Below the pieces are notes generated by a model. It worked only from the letters and a program-made list of their open reading frames with translations. It was not told the origin of the DNA and did no database searches. A stretch of 64,000 nt of DNA from Acidimicrobiales bacterium. Its GTDB lineage: Bacteria > Actinomycetota > Acidimicrobiia > Acidimicrobiales > RAAP-2. Shown here piece by piece: positions 46,658 through 55,752 of the stretch (position 1 is its first letter; each line of letters opens with the position of its first letter). Location: assembly GCA_035552395.1 (NCBI GenBank), contig DASZLL010000044.1:10371-74370 (forward strand). The letters run 5' to 3'. Position numbers and translations under genes: made by a program.

Positions 46658-47497
46658 TCAACGCAGAAACTCCAACAGTGCCGCGTTGACTTCGGCCGAA
46701 TGCGTCCAACATACGTTGTGCGGTCCGTCTGTGATCTCAATCAACTTCACGTCGTCGACTAGTTCGGGAAGACGCCGACCGGTCGACTCGATCGGGAGGA
46801 TGCGGTCATCAGTGCCCTGGAGAACGAGCACAGGCACATCCATCTTGGGGAGGTCGGCCCGGAAATCCGTCAACCAAGTCGAGACACAGGCGAGGCTGGC
46901 GTAGGCGGATGAAGCGGACGCTACCTCGAAGCTTGCGTTCCAGGCCTCGTCGCTGATACGAGTGCCGCGGAAGGTGTCGACGTTGTTGAAGTTGTCGAGG
47001 AAGAACTTGAACCACGCATAACGGTCCTTACGTACACTCTCCATGAAGCCATCAAAGACGCTTTGGGGCACTCCCTTGGGGTTGTCGTCTGCCTGCAACA
47101 AGAACGGCGGGATAGGCCCGATCAATACCGCCTTTACGACCCGGTTGGAGCCATACGTTCCGAGATACCGCGCCACCTCGCCAGTTCCCATCGAGAAACC
47201 GACCAGTGTCGCGTCGCGCAGATCGAGTTCATCCATGAGACTTTTCAGATCCGCCGCGAACGTGTCGTAGTCGTATCCCACGGTCGGCTGACTCGACTTG
47301 CCGAAGCCCCGGCGGTCGTACGTGATGACGCGGTGACCGGCTTCTAAAAGAACGGGCACCTGCTTTTCCCACGATGATCCGCTGAGTGGATATCCGTGGA
47401 TCAGGACTACTGGCGCACCGTCTCCATGGTCCTCGTAGTAGATCTCGACCTTGTCGGAATTCTCCGTTCCGACCTCCAGGTAAGGCACCTTTACCAT
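46658..47497 (-). CDS. Alpha/beta hydrolase, non-heme haloperoxidase/perhydrolase-like
   Basis: ATG 47497 lies within ORF 46658..47557. Motifs seen: IYYEDHGDGAPVVLIHGYPLSGSSWE, YDRRGFGKS and the nucleophile elbow GFSMGTG. Confidence 0.85.
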   Translation of the reverse strand: MVKVPYLEVGTENSDKVEIYYEDHGDGAPVVLIHGYPLSGSSWEKQVPVLLEAGHRVITYDRRGFGKSSQPTVGYDYDTFAADLKSLMDELDLRDATLVGFSMGTGEVARYLGTYGSNRVVKAVLIGPIPPFLLQADDNPKGVPQSVFDGFMESVRKDRYAWFKFFLDNFNNVDTFRGTRISDEAWNASFEVASASSAYASLACVSTWLTDFRADLPKMDVPVLVLQGTDDRILPIESTGRRLPELVDDVKLIEITDGPHNVCWTHSAEVNAALLEFLR

Positions 47498-47602
47498 CTC
47501 CTTTTCTTTCCTAGCTACCGCGGTTCGAGCACAGATGCACCGCCCCGGCCGCCGCAACGAGCTGCGGCTGATAAGTGGGGCGGATGGTTTACGCGTGCAG
47601 AA

Positions 47603-48043
47603 TCACTCCCGGCCCGGGAGCCGCGTCGTGACCTCTTGGACGATCCACAGATTGCCGTCCGGGTCGTTGAAAGAGCAGAAAGAGCCGTAGCTGGTGCGCT
47701 CGGGGTCAACCCCGGGTTGGCGCGCCTCGACCGGGAACGGAGGACCGTGCCAGACGTCACTTACGTCGATGCCCAGCTTGAGGAGTCCGTCGCGAGCCGC
47801 CTCGATGTCAGGGACGACGAGGGTGCCCTGCGTCCCGCCCGGCGCGGCCGTGTGCAGTCCCAGGCCGAACGTAATCGAGGCCGGCGAGCCCGGAGGAGTG
47901 AACTGAACGAAGCGCAGTCCATCCATCGGTGCGACGTCGTCGTCAAGTCGCCACCCAAGTTGCTGGTAGAAACCCTTGGCTCGGTCGACATCGGTCACGG
48001 GGACGATGTGGTTTTCCAGATTCATTTTCACGGTCGCGCTCAT
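47603..48043 (-). CDS. VOC (glyoxalase/bleomycin-resistance) family protein
   Basis: 146 aa. Motifs seen: VPVTDVDRAKGFYQQLGWRLD and FNDPDGNLWIVQEVTTRLPGR. It is a paralog of 55111..55752. Confidence 0.8.
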   Translation of the reverse strand: MSATVKMNLENHIVPVTDVDRAKGFYQQLGWRLDDDVAPMDGLRFVQFTPPGSPASITFGLGLHTAAPGGTQGTLVVPDIEAARDGLLKLGIDVSDVWHGPPFPVEARQPGVDPERTSYGSFCSFNDPDGNLWIVQEVTTRLPGRE

Positions 48044-48459
48044 GGACTTCTCTCGCTTTCATTCCTTGGTGGTTCCGACTCATCGCTTGCCGATGACACC
48101 ACTTGTGTCGGGAGCAACTGCGCACGTCAAACGTTGGTTCGTAACAGTTCCGACCTGACGGGCGCGGTGGCGAATTGTTTGCCTTCACTCTCCCGGCCTG
48201 GGCGTGTCCACCCATCAATCAGGTTGCGCCCATGGCACCCCAGTCGCGCCCGTCAGGGCCCTGGTCGGTACCCTGGTTTCAGGTGGTGGCCCGTCCACAG
48301 GGTTGGGAATCAAAAAAGAGAGCCACCACCGAACCCCGCTGGCTCGCGTACGTTTGGGTGCTCCAGCAGATGCTGAACAGCGGACGGCGAACCGGGCTGA
48401 GTGCCCGATGTACGGGTGGCCCGGAACTAGCGGGAGGAGCTGGGACGAGGGCTCACTGG

Positions 48460-49176
48460 TCAGTGACCCGCAATCCGGCCACCATCGATGTGGACGATTT
48501 CGCCAGTGATGAAAGGCGACGACTCGAGGAAGAGGAGACCCTTGACGACGTCACTTACCTGGCCGACGTGACCAATCGGCTGGCGAGGTCCGAGCAATTC
48601 GTACTCCTCGGTCGGGTGTACGGGCGTCTGAATGACGCCTAGCGAGACGGCGTTGACACGGATACCCCGAGTCGCGTACTCGATTGCGAGTGACCTGGTC
48701 GCTGCCGCGATGCCGCCCTTGGTCAGCGAAGCAACTACCGACGGAGCAGTGGAGTCTGCGTAGTCGACGAGGGTCGAGGAAACATTCACCACGTGGCCTC
48801 CCGCCGGAAGCCAGCATCTCGCGGACGACTCGCTGCGTCAGCCGAAAGAAGGCGGCGACGACGTTCACGCCCATCATGGACTGATAATCCTCTTCGGTGT
48901 GTCAGTGAACGACTTGCCAATGTAAATACCGGCGTTATTGACGAGCGTGTCGACGCGACCGAACCGCTCAAGCGCTTCGCGCGCGATCAACGCGGGCGTC
49001 GACGGGTCAGTGATGTCAGCCTCGACGCTGAGCATCTCGCCGTCGTCGCTGGGCTTGATCGTCCGAGCGGTCGCGACGGCCCAGCCCTGTTGTGCGTACG
49101 CTGCCACCATGCCTGCCCCTATGCCTTGGGACCCGCCACTCGCAATGGCAACCTTTGACCTGACGCGATCACGCAT
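48460..49176 (-). pseudogene. Frameshifted short-chain dehydrogenase/reductase
   Basis: The SDR sequence is split over three frames. MRDRVRSKVAIASGGSQGIGAG...NNAGIYIGKSFTDT is in ORF 48874..49434. (DYQS)MMGVNVVAAFFRLTQRVVREML is in ORF 48551..48877. HVVNVSSTL...SLTKGGIAAATRSLAIEYATRGIRVNAVSLGVIQTP...GEIVHIDGG is in ORF 48460..48792. Shifts are at about 48885 and about 48800. Confidence 0.7.
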
Positions 49177-49510
49177 TCCCTCCCGCGTCGCGACCGCGCC
49201 GCTCTTTCTCGACTGCGAGCGCCGGGTCACTCGGGTGAGGTGACAGCGGCACGACTTCGTCCTTTCGCCAGATACGGAGCGGCATGGATGCCAGAACCTC
49301 TTCGAGCTGAGCTTGGTCGTCCGCCGCAAAGAGCCCGAGCGTGCGCCACTCACCCGGCCGCAATGGCGGGCGCCAGAGACGCAAAAGATGGCCTTGCGCC
49401 GCCAATTCCGTCGAACGGGCGGCCTCTCGAGCACGAATCTCTTGGACGGCGGTCTCCGGTGTTCCCTCTGGAACGTGTGTGGTCATGGTGACGAGGAATT
49501 CCACGGTCAC
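49169..49510 (-). CDS. Muconolactone delta-isomerase-like protein
   Basis: 113 aa. EFLVTMTTHVPEGT...ELAAQGHLLRLWRPPLRPGEWRTLGLFAADDQAQLEEVLASMPL...PLSPHPSDP parallels the CatC fold pattern MLFxVxMxVxxP...WRxxG...DVxxxxELxxLLxSLPLxPxMxIxVxPLxxHPS. Confidence 0.65.
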   Translation of the reverse strand: MTVEFLVTMTTHVPEGTPETAVQEIRAREAARSTELAAQGHLLRLWRPPLRPGEWRTLGLFAADDQAQLEEVLASMPLRIWRKDEVVPLSPHPSDPALAVEKERRGRDAGGNA

Positions 49511-49600
49511 CTCCTCTTGCGCCCATTGTGACCCTCTGCGGTCCCCGCTCGCGCCCGTTGAGCCCCCTGGTCAGCAGCCAGGGTCGGCGACAGATGACAC

Positions 49601-50036
49601 TCAGAACGTGTAGGCCTGGACCAGGACCCGTCCTGTCGACACATCGACCGTCCCTAAGGCCCAGATCTGCACTGGGTTGACCCAGGACAGTTCGGGGTGA
49701 TTGCTCGTCAAAGTCACGTTCTCGCGCAGCCGCAGAACCGGTGGCCCGTCGTTCCGAAGAGCGATCCCTGACGCAACCAAGGGAGATTCTCCTTCCGTCT
49801 CCGGTTGATATCACGGCGCGGATATTGAGCTCCGCGCGGCCGTCCGCACGGATGTAGAGGTAGTCCACTCCTTTGAACGCTCCGCTCAAGTTTGGACCGG
49901 CGACGTGTCCTTCCAAGTTGAAGTCGAACCTTGCCCCCTCAGCGGGTGGAGCCACACCGGGGCACTTCGCGGGTGCGACAACCCCATCCTCAGCGCCACA
50001 GTGGATCCAGAACCCCGAGGAGGTCACCGTGGACAC
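49601..50036 (-). pseudogene. Frameshifted DUF3237-like protein
   Basis: The N-half (GARFDFNLEGHVAGPNLSGAFKGVDYLYIRADGRAELNIRAVISTGDGRRISL) is in ORF 49350..50036. My own translation of the adjacent frame gives the C-half GIALRNDGPPVLRLRENVTLTSNHPELSWVNPVQIWALGTVDVSTGRVLVQAYTF*, with its stop at 49601-49603. There is one shift near 49765-49775. Confidence 0.55.
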
Positions 50037-50322
50037 CGTCGACCACGCCGACGCTGCGTCTCGATACCTGGAGGAGGTGCCCGGTGTACTTCCCCGATAA
50101 TTTCAGCGACCTGGACGAGGTGTCTGAGCGGCTGAACCGATGGGCACTCCAAGGCTGGCGGTCACTGCGCCATCGCATGGTTGTCATTGCTTCTCGCAAA
50201 TCTCGTGGACGCACGACCACTCGCGTTGTACCTTGAACGAGGATTGTGTTCTCAGTGCTGGCCTGTAACGACCACCATTGCCTGCGGCCGAAGAAGAAGC
50301 CATGAAATGACTGAGCGCCAAG

Positions 50323-50892
50323 GTGGAAATTGATCTCGACGCCACCTCCGGGGTGGAGCACTCGAGCGCCGTCACGGTGGGCGAGTGGTACCTACAATCG
50401 AGGAGTGAGCATCACGATGCATTAGTAGTTGAGGCGTACAGGCAACTCCAAGTGGAAACGGATCACCTCTTCACTCTCCTCACTCGAGACACCTTTCGGC
50501 AGGCCATACGAGTGGTGTTCACCCGTTATTCCCAGCCCTACGAAAGCGACCAAGAACTGATCCTCGCGGTTCGCGCCATTGGGACGCTCGAGCTCACCTC
50601 TGCCGCCACCGCCGGGGAGCGCCTTCATCCTCTGTTGGATTGTGACTTCGGTGGCGCGTTTGATCGGTTTCGTGCGGTCCATGATCTCATCGGACATGCC
50701 TGGTGTGGATACGGCTTCGATCTCGATGACGAATGCGCGGCCTGGAGCGCTCAAGACCGCCTGCACAATGGCCTCGCTCGGTTCGCCCTGGCCACCGAAC
50801 TCTATGGAGTGAACGCCGCACGCGGCCTTGTCGGCGAGGCACCCAATCTCAGAGCCTTGCTCCTGGCGCCCTCGACCCGGAACGGCATCTGA
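50323..50892 (+). CDS. Hypothetical protein (189 aa) with FRAVHDLIGH motif
   Basis: It is the only long ORF here and has a non-repetitive, balanced composition. No family recognised. The H-D...H motif hints at a metal-binding site. Confidence 0.45.
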   Translation: MEIDLDATSGVEHSSAVTVGEWYLQSRSEHHDALVVEAYRQLQVETDHLFTLLTRDTFRQAIRVVFTRYSQPYESDQELILAVRAIGTLELTSAATAGERLHPLLDCDFGGAFDRFRAVHDLIGHAWCGYGFDLDDECAAWSAQDRLHNGLARFALATELYGVNAARGLVGEAPNLRALLLAPSTRNGI

Positions 50893-50898
50893 GTTTCA

Positions 50899-51807
50899 TC
50901 AACCGGACTCGGCGATCTCGTACCAAAGCCCACCGTTCAAGTTGATGTTGTTGCCCGTGTTCTGGCCGGGAGCGGAATCGCCGACGTAGGTATAGAGCGG
51001 ATGGCTGTCGTAGGTGACCTGGGTCGTACCACCAGTCCGTTCGATCGTTCTGACCTTGCCGGTCACGCCCGGCCCGGCGACGGGTCTGCCGGTCACCGGT
51101 GGCCAATACGCCGCACAGGTGCCGTAGCAAGTTGACTCTGTCGGCGTATCGGGTGCAAACCAGTACAACGTGTAGCCACGGGCGTTGGTGAGCACCGAGA
51201 CGCCATGGATCTTCGTCACCTTAAGGAGCGCGCTCGAAGAGCTGCTGCCGGTGGAGGCGGGTTCCGTCGCCGCGAGCGAGAGGGAGAGCAGCACCAGCAC
51301 CAGCACGGTGAACGCCGTGGCGGCCCACCGAGCGGCCCGCATGATGTGTTGAAATCTGTCGAACAGTCCGCCGCGAGTCCCCCGCTCGGAGCGTTGACCC
51401 TGCGGGAATGGACGAAGAACCAACGCCATGAGCACCGCGAATGTCACGACTTCGATCAGCCCGGCGACAATTCCCGCGGTGGTGCGGATCTCACGAAACC
51501 CGAAGAGGCTGATGCGTAACGACAACAGATAGCCAGCGAGGGTGGCGATCGCGAACCCTGCGCCCGCTGCCGCAACCAGACGACTGCTCGAAACGAGGAT
51601 GATCGCGCCGAGGAAGAACGCCGTGATCACCTGAAGCAAAAACAACCATCCGATCGTAGGAATGGTCCGGTACCCGGTGAGGTACAAGTCGAGATGGATC
51701 CCACCGGTCGCGAACAGCAGCCCGGCGCCAACGACGCGCAGAGCGAGCGACGTCCGGTTCAAGCCCGGCTCGGCACCTTTGGCCTGGCTGAGTGAAGTCT
51801 CCGCCAT
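50899..51807 (-). CDS. Membrane protein: N-terminal ~5-TM domain fused to a C-terminal COG4315/PF03640-like secreted repeat domain
   Basis: 302 aa. The C-terminal region YTLYWFAPDTPTESTCYGTCAAYWPPV...VTYDSHPLYTYVGDSAPGQNTGNNINLNGGLWYEI matches the Yx(F/Y)xxD lipoprotein-repeat signature. It starts 3 nt after the upstream stop. Confidence 0.7.
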   Translation of the reverse strand: MAETSLSQAKGAEPGLNRTSLALRVVGAGLLFATGGIHLDLYLTGYRTIPTIGWLFLLQVITAFFLGAIILVSSSRLVAAAGAGFAIATLAGYLLSLRISLFGFREIRTTAGIVAGLIEVVTFAVLMALVLRPFPQGQRSERGTRGGLFDRFQHIMRAARWAATAFTVLVLVLLSLSLAATEPASTGSSSSSALLKVTKIHGVSVLTNARGYTLYWFAPDTPTESTCYGTCAAYWPPVTGRPVAGPGVTGKVRTIERTGGTTQVTYDSHPLYTYVGDSAPGQNTGNNINLNGGLWYEIAESG

Positions 51808-51810
51808 GGC

Positions 51811-52539
51811 CTACCAGACTCCTGGGAGCAGTCTCCACCGGACCCGGCTCCTGTAGACGCAGGACTCCTCATTCGCAGTGAGCAGGCGGTCTTCGGCTAC
51901 GGCGCGCCCGACATTGCAACCTGAAGCGAACACCATCACGAGAGCGTTGCGCAGCGAGATGCTCTGCAGGACGTACCCCAATTGCAGCAGCAGATAGGAG
52001 GCGTATATGGGATGCCGGACGACCGCGTAGGGGCCTCTTTGCACGAGTCCTCGGTCCGCGGCGACAAAACCGAATGAACGACCGAGCGTGAGGAACGAAG
52101 CCACACAGATTGCCAGGCCGACCAGCTGAATGGCCAGCCCGGAGGTGACCCCCCACTGGGGGTGGGCTCCGAACGGACGAAACAAGACGCCGCCGAAGGT
52201 TCCACCGAAGGCAAGAAGCCAATCCCCCCAACGTCGGCTGACCGTGCGCGCAGGACGCCGGATCAGGTACGCCGCGACAACCCACATCTGCTCGGCGAAG
52301 AAGGCCACTCCCAGCAGCCGATGCGTCTGGAGGTAGGCCCGAAGGGTGGCCTGGGCGAAGAAGGCGGCACCACCGGCACCGATGAGGTTCATCGCGACCC
52401 TGATGAGCCTGTCCGTCCGGGCCGATCGCGAGATTGCCAATCCCCGACGCGTGCGGGAGGACGTGCGCATCGGTGTCGACTCGAGGCCGTTCAGGTCTGA
52501 GCCAGAGGTACCTCGCAGAACACCAGTGCCCGCGTCCAC
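51811..52539 (-). CDS. ICMT/PEMT-family membrane methyltransferase
   Basis: 242 aa with several TM helices. The C-terminal signature is LVQRGPYAVVRHPIYASYLLLQLG. GTG 52539 lies 2 nt after the DoxX stop. Confidence 0.75.
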   Translation of the reverse strand: MDAGTGVLRGTSGSDLNGLESTPMRTSSRTRRGLAISRSARTDRLIRVAMNLIGAGGAAFFAQATLRAYLQTHRLLGVAFFAEQMWVVAAYLIRRPARTVSRRWGDWLLAFGGTFGGVLFRPFGAHPQWGVTSGLAIQLVGLAICVASFLTLGRSFGFVAADRGLVQRGPYAVVRHPIYASYLLLQLGYVLQSISLRNALVMVFASGCNVGRAVAEDRLLTANEESCVYRSRVRWRLLPGVW

Positions 52540-52541
52540 TA

Positions 52542-53051
52542 CTAACCCCCGCCGACGCGCCGCTCGATGAGTGCGTCGAGACTGAACCGACCGGAACCAA
52601 GGAGCGCAACAACGAGCGCCAACACGGCGAGCGCGAGGTTCAGCTGATAGCCCGGTGGGTTCGAACGATTGTTGATCCCCGTTGTCCAGGTCACCGTGAT
52701 CATCGCCATCACCATGTCCCCGAAGAGACCAACGCCGGCCAGGCGCGAGAAAAACCCCAGGGCGAGAGCGACTGCGCCGCCGAACTCAATCAACCCACCG
52801 AGGACCGCGAAGAGCCCACCAGGGTGCAGGTGGGCGGTCTGAGAAAAGTAGAGAGCAGTCCCGTGAATGCCGGCACCGTTGAACGCGCCGAAGAGCTTTC
52901 CCGCCCCGTAATAGATAAAGATCCAGGCCAACGCGATGCGGACCGCGAGCAGCGCCCAGTCGACGATGGGAGGTGCGGCGCGGGTGTTCACGACGGTCGC
53001 CAACAGAGCACGAGCCGTGCGTCGGTGCGTTCCGGCGGTGGCGGTCACCAT
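52542..53051 (-). CDS. DoxX family membrane protein
   Basis: ATG 53051 lies within ORF 52542..53897. The sequence ALLAVRIALAWIFIYYGAGKLF...FAVLGGLIEFGGAVALALGFFSRLAG is typical of DoxX. The start overlaps the upstream gene's end by 7 nt. Confidence 0.8.
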   Translation of the reverse strand: MVTATAGTHRRTARALLATVVNTRAAPPIVDWALLAVRIALAWIFIYYGAGKLFGAFNGAGIHGTALYFSQTAHLHPGGLFAVLGGLIEFGGAVALALGFFSRLAGVGLFGDMVMAMITVTWTTGINNRSNPPGYQLNLALAVLALVVALLGSGRFSLDALIERRVGGG

Positions 53052-54229
53052 GACGCTGCCTCCCCCATGTGTGCACCGCCGTCCTGAGGTTGCGCGCTCG
53101 TCGAAGGCGCCCCTGGCATCTCCGCGGGCCGAATTGGAGTCAATCGAATGGACTGAGGTAGCGCGAGGTCGCGCCTCGGGCGGAATGGCGCCACCATCTG
53201 AGCGGCGAGGACCGCGAGGTGATGGGGCTGCGCAGCCGCTTGTTCGACGGACAACGGGCGACCCGGCAGTCCAGTGGCAATTCTGACTGTCGTTGGATTC
53301 GGGAACACGGCGCGATGGAAGATCTGATCCCAGATCGACAGCGCAAAGCCCAGGTTGACGTCTTGTGGCCCGTCCAATTGGTGGTGAATACGGTGAAAGT
53401 TGGGGCTCACAAAGACCCGGCCGAGCGGCCCGAAGCTCAAGCGGGTGTTGGAGTGAGCGAAAGCCACGATGCCGCCATAGATCACGAGAATGGTGATCGA
53501 TGCCGCTCCGTTGGCCAGAAGCACCACGCCGGGAATCAACGCCAGGAGATAGGAGACATGAATAAGCGGGTGGGTACGGAACACCGTCAACACATTCATG
53601 TCCTCTTGGGAATGGTGCAGCTCGTGGAAGCGCCAGAGGGTCCGGACGCGGTGATTCGCAAGATGGACAAACCAGTTCAAGCCGTCCATTGCGACCACGA
53701 TGACTGCGATCGCGCCCCAGCGCGGCAGCGTGCCGATCTTCGGAAGGACGATCCACGGGAGACCAGCGCGAACCATCGCCATGAAGGAGAGTGTTAGCGC
53801 GGTCACTAGTGGCGCGACAAGAAGCGCGTTCATGACGGTGAGGAGAAGGTCGTGACGATGTCCACGGGCGAAGAGCGGCCGTTCCTGCGCTGGCCACACT
53901 CTTTCCGCGATCAGAAATACCCCGATGATCCCGAGGCTTAACGGACCAACGAGGACCACTCGAAGACTCGTCAGGGATCCGGTGAAGCTTTCACCACCCC
54001 AATGACGGGTCCAACCAACCCCAACGAGCGCCACGGCGAGGGCCGCAATCCCGACCGCAGGGAGGTACACGCGTGACGAAAGCGCGAGCCACGGCCGGCT
54101 CGCCTTCCGGTTCCTGCGCTGCGCAGCAACAGGAGCGGGAATTTGAGACGGCGCGACTAAAACCGACGACACAGCGGCTGCCCGACTCCATAGCTCGGCA
54201 CTAGAACGAGGCTCCTCCCGTGCCGGCAC
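53045..54229 (-). CDS. Fatty acid hydroxylase/sterol desaturase superfamily membrane di-iron enzyme
   Basis: His boxes: HLANH, FHELHHS and FHRIHHQ. Multiple TM helices. The start is uncertain, because the 54229 start would overlap the upstream lipoprotein gene by 29 nt. Confidence 0.8.
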   Translation of the reverse strand: MPAREEPRSSAELWSRAAAVSSVLVAPSQIPAPVAAQRRNRKASRPWLALSSRVYLPAVGIAALAVALVGVGWTRHWGGESFTGSLTSLRVVLVGPLSLGIIGVFLIAERVWPAQERPLFARGHRHDLLLTVMNALLVAPLVTALTLSFMAMVRAGLPWIVLPKIGTLPRWGAIAVIVVAMDGLNWFVHLANHRVRTLWRFHELHHSQEDMNVLTVFRTHPLIHVSYLLALIPGVVLLANGAASITILVIYGGIVAFAHSNTRLSFGPLGRVFVSPNFHRIHHQLDGPQDVNLGFALSIWDQIFHRAVFPNPTTVRIATGLPGRPLSVEQAAAQPHHLAVLAAQMVAPFRPRRDLALPQSIRLTPIRPAEMPGAPSTSAQPQDGGAHMGEAASW

Positions 54230-54740
54230 TCGAACCGCCGGAGTTAGAAGACCCAGAACTTGACTTGGCCGGCTTCACGGTCACGACGTCGGACCATTTA
54301 CCCCAAGTATCCGTCACGTTTCCATGCACCTGGCCGGCCGCCGTGTCGCCGGAGAAGTAGTAGAGCGGCTTGCCGGAATAGGTCACCTGGAGAACGCCAC
54401 CGCTCCGCATCTTGGTGCCGAGTTTGGAGGCGCTTACGCCTTTTCCTGCGGTTGCCTTTGTCACGCCTGCAGGCAGCGTGAGAGCGGGCCAGATCGTCAA
54501 GCACGCACTGGAGCAGGGTGTCTTGCTCGCCTTCAACGTGTACACGGTCTTCCCGCTCACCAAGACGGTTCCAAATTTTGCGCTCTTGGCCGTCGACACG
54601 ACGAGGTTCGTCGCCGCACCCGCCGTCCCGTCAGCCAGAACCAATCCGGACAGCGCACCGAGGGCCATAACGGCACTGGCCATTCGCCCAACTGAGACCT
54701 TGTATTTCGAGCTCTGGTCCTGTGTTCCCTGCTGCTTCAT
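54201..54740 (-). CDS. Secreted COG4315/PF03640-like lipoprotein-repeat protein
   Basis: ATG 54740 lies within ORF 54201..55151. It has a signal/anchor helix. Motifs seen: GKTVYTLKASKTPCSSACLTIWPAL and VTYSGKPLYYFSGDTAAGQVHGN. The tail is Ser/Gly-rich. Confidence 0.75.
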   Translation of the reverse strand: MKQQGTQDQSSKYKVSVGRMASAVMALGALSGLVLADGTAGAATNLVVSTAKSAKFGTVLVSGKTVYTLKASKTPCSSACLTIWPALTLPAGVTKATAGKGVSASKLGTKMRSGGVLQVTYSGKPLYYFSGDTAAGQVHGNVTDTWGKWSDVVTVKPAKSSSGSSNSGGSSAGTGGASF

Positions 54741-55110
54741 GTCGCGTCTCCTGGTTCGTTTTGCTTCCTTGCTCAGTCCTACGAAGCTGGCGGGGAGAAA
54801 GATGGCCGCAGAGACATATTTGGGACTGCCCACCAGGACTTCACCTCCCGTACTACCAGGAGGACATACGTCGCCCGTGCGCTTCTGAGCTGGGGCGCCG
54901 TACTCCTGTTCGGGCGATCTGAGGCAGTCGGTGAGAGGGCTCGGCCCGACCCGGATCCCTCGAGCGGGGCGGCACGGCGGGTGGGTTCGGCAACCCGTTC
55001 CACCGGGCGCATTCCCAGATGCAGCCCAATAAGGTCGCGGCAACAATCGGAATACGACGACCCCCATGGGAGGCCGGATGGGCACGATCCAGCACCAAAG
55101 GAGCGATGAG

Positions 55111-55752
55111 ATGACGGCCAATGGAAACATTGATCTGAAGCTCGAAGTCACAGTGATTCCGGTTGCGGACGCCGATCGCTCGAAGGACTTTTACCTCAAC
55201 CTCGGCTGGAGGCTCGACGCCGACTTCTCCTTCGACAACGGCTTTCGTCTAGTCCAGTTCACGCCACCTGAGTCGTTATCTTCCATCCAATTCGGGAGCA
55301 AAATCACGGCGGCGGCACCAGGGTCCGACCATGGTTTCTACCTCATCGTTTCCGATATCAATGCCGGATGCTCGGAGCTCATCGATCGCGGAGCCAAGGT
55401 CAGCGACGTATTCCATGCCGGAGACCCGGGGGCACAACTCCAACCCGACGACACGAGTGGGCGCGTCAACGGCCCCGATCCGGATCACAAAAGCTACAGT
55501 TCCTTCGCCACGTTCGAGGATCCGGACGGCAACGGCTGGCTACTCCAGGAGGTCACGGACCGCCTTCCTGGACGGGTCGATCCGGACGTCACTTCGTTCA
55601 GCTCCGCCATCGATCTGGCGAGCGCCTTGCGACGTGCGGCAGCCGCCCACGGCGAGCACGAGAAGAAGATCGGCAAGGCCGACCCCGACTGGCCCGATTG
55701 GTATGCCTCGTTCATGGTGGCCGGACAAGCAGGCGGAGAGCTTTCCTCGTGA
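55111..55752 (+). CDS. VOC (glyoxalase) family protein with a ~70-aa C-terminal extension
   Basis: ATG 55111. Motifs seen: VIPVADADRSKDFYLNLGWRLD and FEDPDGNGWLLQEVTDRLPGR. The extension includes AAAHGEHEKKIGKADPDWPDWYASFMV. Confidence 0.8.
   Translation: MTANGNIDLKLEVTVIPVADADRSKDFYLNLGWRLDADFSFDNGFRLVQFTPPESLSSIQFGSKITAAAPGSDHGFYLIVSDINAGCSELIDRGAKVSDVFHAGDPGAQLQPDDTSGRVNGPDPDHKSYSSFATFEDPDGNGWLLQEVTDRLPGRVDPDVTSFSSAIDLASALRRAAAAHGEHEKKIGKADPDWPDWYASFMVAGQAGGELSS

Noticed and set aside
48283-48330. 9-bp inverted repeat GGTGGTGGC...GCCACCACC in the 400-bp gap between the VOC gene and the SDR pseudogene
   Set aside because: The ~30-nt loop and the lack of a U-tract make a terminator unconvincing. 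I could recognise no tRNA or riboswitch features, and the gap may simply be degraded sequence.
50084-50236. 50-codon ORF (VYFPDNFSDLDEVSERLNRWALQGWRSL...) with GGAGGAGG about 6 nt upstream of a GTG
   Set aside because: The SD is good and LNxWxxxGW faintly recalls DUF4177. However, the peptide is short, its tail is basic junk-like sequence, and I cannot verify conservation. I did not call it as a feature.
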